Below, piece after piece: positions 59,646 to 64,000 of a stretch of DNA of 64,000 nucleotides. How positions within the stretch are numbered: position 1 is the first letter of the stretch; each line of letters opens with the position of its first letter. Made by a program: the position numbers and the translations under genes. Source of the stretch: Priapulus caudatus (Eukaryota); NCBI RefSeq assembly GCF_000485595.1, contig NW_014577064.1, positions 1,146,061-1,210,060 of the forward strand, in the 5' to 3' direction. The notes beneath the pieces were generated by a model. That model had not been told where the DNA came from. It saw only the letters and a list, made by a program, of their open reading frames with translations, and ran no database searches.

Positions 59646-60905
59646 TAATTTTAATATATCAATTTTCCCCTATTATTATCCACATGTAATCGTTTTATTA
59701 ATATCAGCATCCAACCATCCATTCGTCTATCAGTCTGTCCTTTCGTCCGACACTAAGCCGACCACCCGACCGCCCGGCCGCTCGCGGATGAGCTTCATCG
59801 TGAATTCAATTATTCATTTATACATTAATTCATTCATTCACATCTACATTTAGCTAATCAATAATCATATAACTGAATATAATATAGCGGATAACAAGCC
59901 TTCGCATTTTTGCAATAATTATTCCTATAGTGTCTTGAGTACCCAATTTCGCGTGCATTGATCAGGTCTCCAGCCGGCTACAGTTATCTTACACGATATT
60001 AGCAATGCTTTAGATATGAACGTAATTTCGCCTCTCATAATATGATGATTCCGACGATTATAGTCACGCGTCGATTTTTGAATCATCCCTCCTTCACAAT
60101 TTTGCAGTCGATTATATCGAAGAGGTCGTCACAATGACGTGGCTCCACTATGATTTGAATGGGACTATAACACTCCGACCACTACGATGTAAGATAGCAT
60201 GTCCGTGTGCGAGTATACTACATCTACATCTACATCTCTACACTGTCCCTCCCGTGCACCGAAATACTCGCATTCGGATTACAAAATTCAAAACCGTGTC
60301 CATTCGCTTCAAGTGTCGACGCAGTTCTGTTCGTGTGATCGCGTTGGTTCTACTTTCTGTCAACCTAAATCTGCGCCCACTCTCAATTACAGAATAAACC
60401 GTGCGCGCCGAGGGATCGTTCTAGCACTTGACGTTATTGTGCGCGAACGGTCGCGACTAGTCGCCAGGTTTACTCAAGAGCAATAGCGAACGACGGGGAT
60501 CGGAGTGGGTGCCTCTTGCCCGCTCCTAAGAGGCGAAGCACAATGCGCTAAAAGAAGCGGTGACGGTGAGAACGATGACGATTGTCGCCAGCGCGCATTC
60601 GGTTCTCGGCTGTATTTGCGAGTGCATTGCTGCCAATCGTACTTATGCCCGATATATGTACATATGCGTGAACGCACATATGTACTGCATACATATACAC
60701 GCCAAGAGAAAAGCAAGGACGAACGAACACACGTACGCGCACAGACAAGCGAGCGTGATGAAGAGAGAAAAACGGAGGGTCTTACGGAAAAAATATCGAC
60801 TCGGAGATGAAATTAACACATATTAAGACAGACAGGCAAACCGACAGACAGACAGACACACACACTAGCAAACACACATACGCGCACAGCACACACACGC
60901 ACACG

Positions 60906-60943
<38 letters not shown>

Positions 60944-60972
60944 CAGGGGGCGGGAACAGAGAGACTAGAGAG

Positions 60973-61022
<50 letters not shown>

Positions 61023-63019
61023 GAGCGAGAGAGAGGAGAGAGAGAGAGAGAGAGCGCAGCGAGAGGGAGAGCCGAGACAAACGAGATGGCAGAGAGACAG
61101 AGTTCATATATAGTCGTAATATCGAGAGAGAGAGCAGAGAGAACGAGAGAGGGGAGGAAGAGAGAAGAGGCTAGCAACAACAAGATTAAACATAGTCCCA
61201 CCAGTAACGGCGACAGGACCTTTCTTCTTCCCAATCACAGAGGAATCGTATGTCTAACAAGCTATCTAAATTGTAAGTATCACACGACACTCAGTGACGC
61301 AGGGTGTAGAGACACAAACAAGAGACGTAAATTACTGGATTCACGCAAGGAATTGCTCTGCGCTTAACATTTGATCTTTGCGACAAATCTCGTGCGGTGC
61401 AGCTAATAAGAATTACTGGCCATGACTTAGTAATAACGGGGTCTAGATTGATTTGCATTATCATGGTTGCTTGCAGCGTCATCACGTCGCAAATTAAATA
61501 CTGAATCAAAAAAGGTTATTCACCGATTTGATTGCATTGGATAATATCAATGTCATGTCTGTATGTATATGTATGTATGATGATGTATGAATGTATGATT
61601 ATGTAGTATGTATGTATGTATGTAGTTATGTATGTATGTATGTTATGTATTAATGGTATGTATGTATGATGTATGTATGTATGTATGTATATGTTATGGT
61701 ATGTATTATGTATGTATGTATGTATGTATGTATATGTATATGTATGTATGTATGTGGTGTATGTATGATGTATGTATGATGTATGTATTGGCTAGTATGT
61801 ATGTATGTATGTATGTATGTACGTAGTACGTAGACGTACGACGTTACCTAACTTACGTCTCGTAATGTATGTTATGTATGGTATGGTATGGTACGTACGT
61901 AGCGTACGTACGTACGTACGTACGTTGGTAGTACGGTACGTATGTACGGTATGTAGCGTATGTAGCTATGTATTATGTAAGTATGTATTATGTATCGGTA
62001 TGCCTATGTAGTAGTATATGTAATGTATGTCATTATGTAGTAATGTGTAAGAGTGTATGTATGTAGTATGTATGTAATGTATGTAATGTAGTATTGTATG
62101 TATGTATTATGATATGTTATTGTCATGTAATTATGTATGACTATTTGGTGTATGATGTATCTAGACGGCGTACAACAACACCGTCTCTCTAGTATGTACT
62201 CGCCGTTGATATATCCACCAATCCGGCGTCGTTTCGTTCAAATTCAAGCGTCATAGTCTGCTCAGCCGCGTTACAATATTACTGGCGATTTAAGCCGCAT
62301 GGTGGATAAATGCTGAAAGGGAAACGCCGTTGGAACTGAACGATTCCAGGGAAAGGTCAAAAAGTTTANNNNNNNNNNNNNNNNNNNNNNNNNCTCACGG
62401 TGTAGCTGGCGTAAATGTTAGAAGTAGACACACGCTGCGTGGGTAGAGGCGAAGTAGAGAGCGACGTGCCGGAGAGAGCTTAAATAATTAAGACGGCCGA
62501 GTACTAGGTGTATTTCTTTTCTCTCGATAGAAGGTATATATAGATAGTCTCTGAACAATGACGAGGCAGCAACGCGTGCCGTGTTATTACCTACTCCTAA
62601 ACCATGGCGTATGATGATGATCGAAGCTAAGAGTGAGTAGGTTATATTCGTGGCTGAAGACGTTGAATGTCGCATAAGAAAATCACAGCTATTAGTTTTA
62701 CGAAACAAAAACAGTTGTCTTTTAGGACTTACAACCGTGTCAGGTTGGTGGCCCCGTGAGTCGCTGCATTTCTAATCATACCTATGTATATATGTAGGTA
62801 TTTAGATTTGATATATTTTTATTAATTATCATAACATATATCGATATTTATATTATTAGTTATTGCGCACATGTAATATATTGTATATATGAAATGAATA
62901 ATACTAATAGGTGTAAGAACAGTATTGTATAGTCCGCGAAGATCAGTGCACACAAATTATTTGGTCCTTGTTTTTATGATTAAGACAATAATATTGTTAA
63001 TATAGATACTATTATTTAA

Positions 63020-64000
63020 TTTTAATTTTAATATATCAATTTTCCCGTCTATTTATTAGTCCAGCACATGTAATCTCGTTTATTATATCTAGCGATTTGC
63101 CAACCAATCCGATTCGTGTCTATCATGTCTGTCCTTGCTCCGTCCGACCCTTAAGGCCAACAACGAGTCCGAAGCAGGCGCTTGCGCTTGGATTAAGCTT
63201 CACGGCGCGAATTCAAGTATTCATTTACTATCAGTTAATTCATCTCATTCACTATTACATTTAGGGGCTAATCAATAATGGCATATAAGCTTGATTATAT
63301 ATATAGGCGGATAAGCAAGGCTCGCATTTTTGCAATAATTATTCCTAATGTGTCTTGAGTACCAATGTTCCGCGTGCATTGATCAGGTCTCGCTAGGCCG
63401 CTCAGTTATCGTTACGGCAAAGACGTATTAGAAGTGTCTTTAAGATATGAAGTAATTTCGGCCTCTCATCAATATGATGATCGGACGATTATAGCCACGC
63501 GTCGATTTTTGAATATCCCTCCTTCAGGCAATTTTGGCAGTCTGATTATATCGTAAGAGGTCGTGCACAGATGACGTGGCTCCACTATGGATTTGAATGG
63601 GCACTATTAACGACATACCGACGGCACTACGATGTAAGATAGCATGGTCCGTGTGCGAGTATACTATCTACATCTACATCTCTACACTGTCCTTGCCCGT
63701 GGCACCCGAAATAGCTGCGCATTCGGATTACCAAAATGTCAAAAGCGCGTGTCGGCATTTCCGCTGTTGCAAGTGTCGACAGCAGTTCTGTTCCGTCCGT
63801 GATGCGCGTTGGTTCTATACTTTCTGTCAACTAAATCTGCGCGACCAACTTGGCTCATTAGCAGAATAAAACCGTGCGCGTGGAGCGCGAGGGATCGTTC
63901 TAAGGCACTTGACGGTTATTGTGCGCGGAACGGTCGCGACTAGTCGCCAGGGTTTACTCAAGAGCAATAGCGAAGGCGACTGGGATCGAGTCGGGTGCCT
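63020..64000 (+). repeat. Error-rich duplicate of about 59647-60510 (probable assembly artefact)
   Basis: Collinear with the 59.6-60.5 kb segment but full of single-base insertions. It follows the N gap at 62369-62393. Confidence 0.85.

Overview
This is animal (protostome-type bilaterian) genomic DNA from a draft assembly, with N gaps and several indel-rich, long-read-like patches. It is not prokaryotic. I could reconstruct five protein-coding genes by hand. (1) The first four coding exons of an HGSNAT-like gene (minus strand, 3093 to 1073, continuing off the left edge); the ORF track largely misses it. (2) A two-exon central-class (Antp/Hox6-8 type) Hox gene (minus, 17688 to 16415) with an atypical YKWM hexapeptide. 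(3) A two-exon secreted, probably GPI-anchored EGF/TSP1 protein (plus, 28879-30884) whose N-terminus resembles a vitamin-K gamma-carboxylase propeptide followed by a glutamate-depleted Gla-like module. (4) A complete four-exon MFSD6 (minus, 49151 to 33044). (5) An NPY/NPF neuropeptide precursor exon (plus, 56568-56761) whose F-G-K-R exon I could not find. A miR-10-family hairpin lies about 6.3 kb downstream of the Hox gene on the same strand. The main point is that this Hox gene and its miR-10 sit alone between non-Hox genes on both sides, an apparently cluster-detached module near NPF and MFSD6. The window also holds MITEs with TTAA, TAA and 9-bp target-site duplications (TSDs), four tiny CA...TG palindromes with 7-bp TSDs that look like P-element excision footprints, a LINE remnant, minisatellites, many microsatellites and probable assembly duplications.
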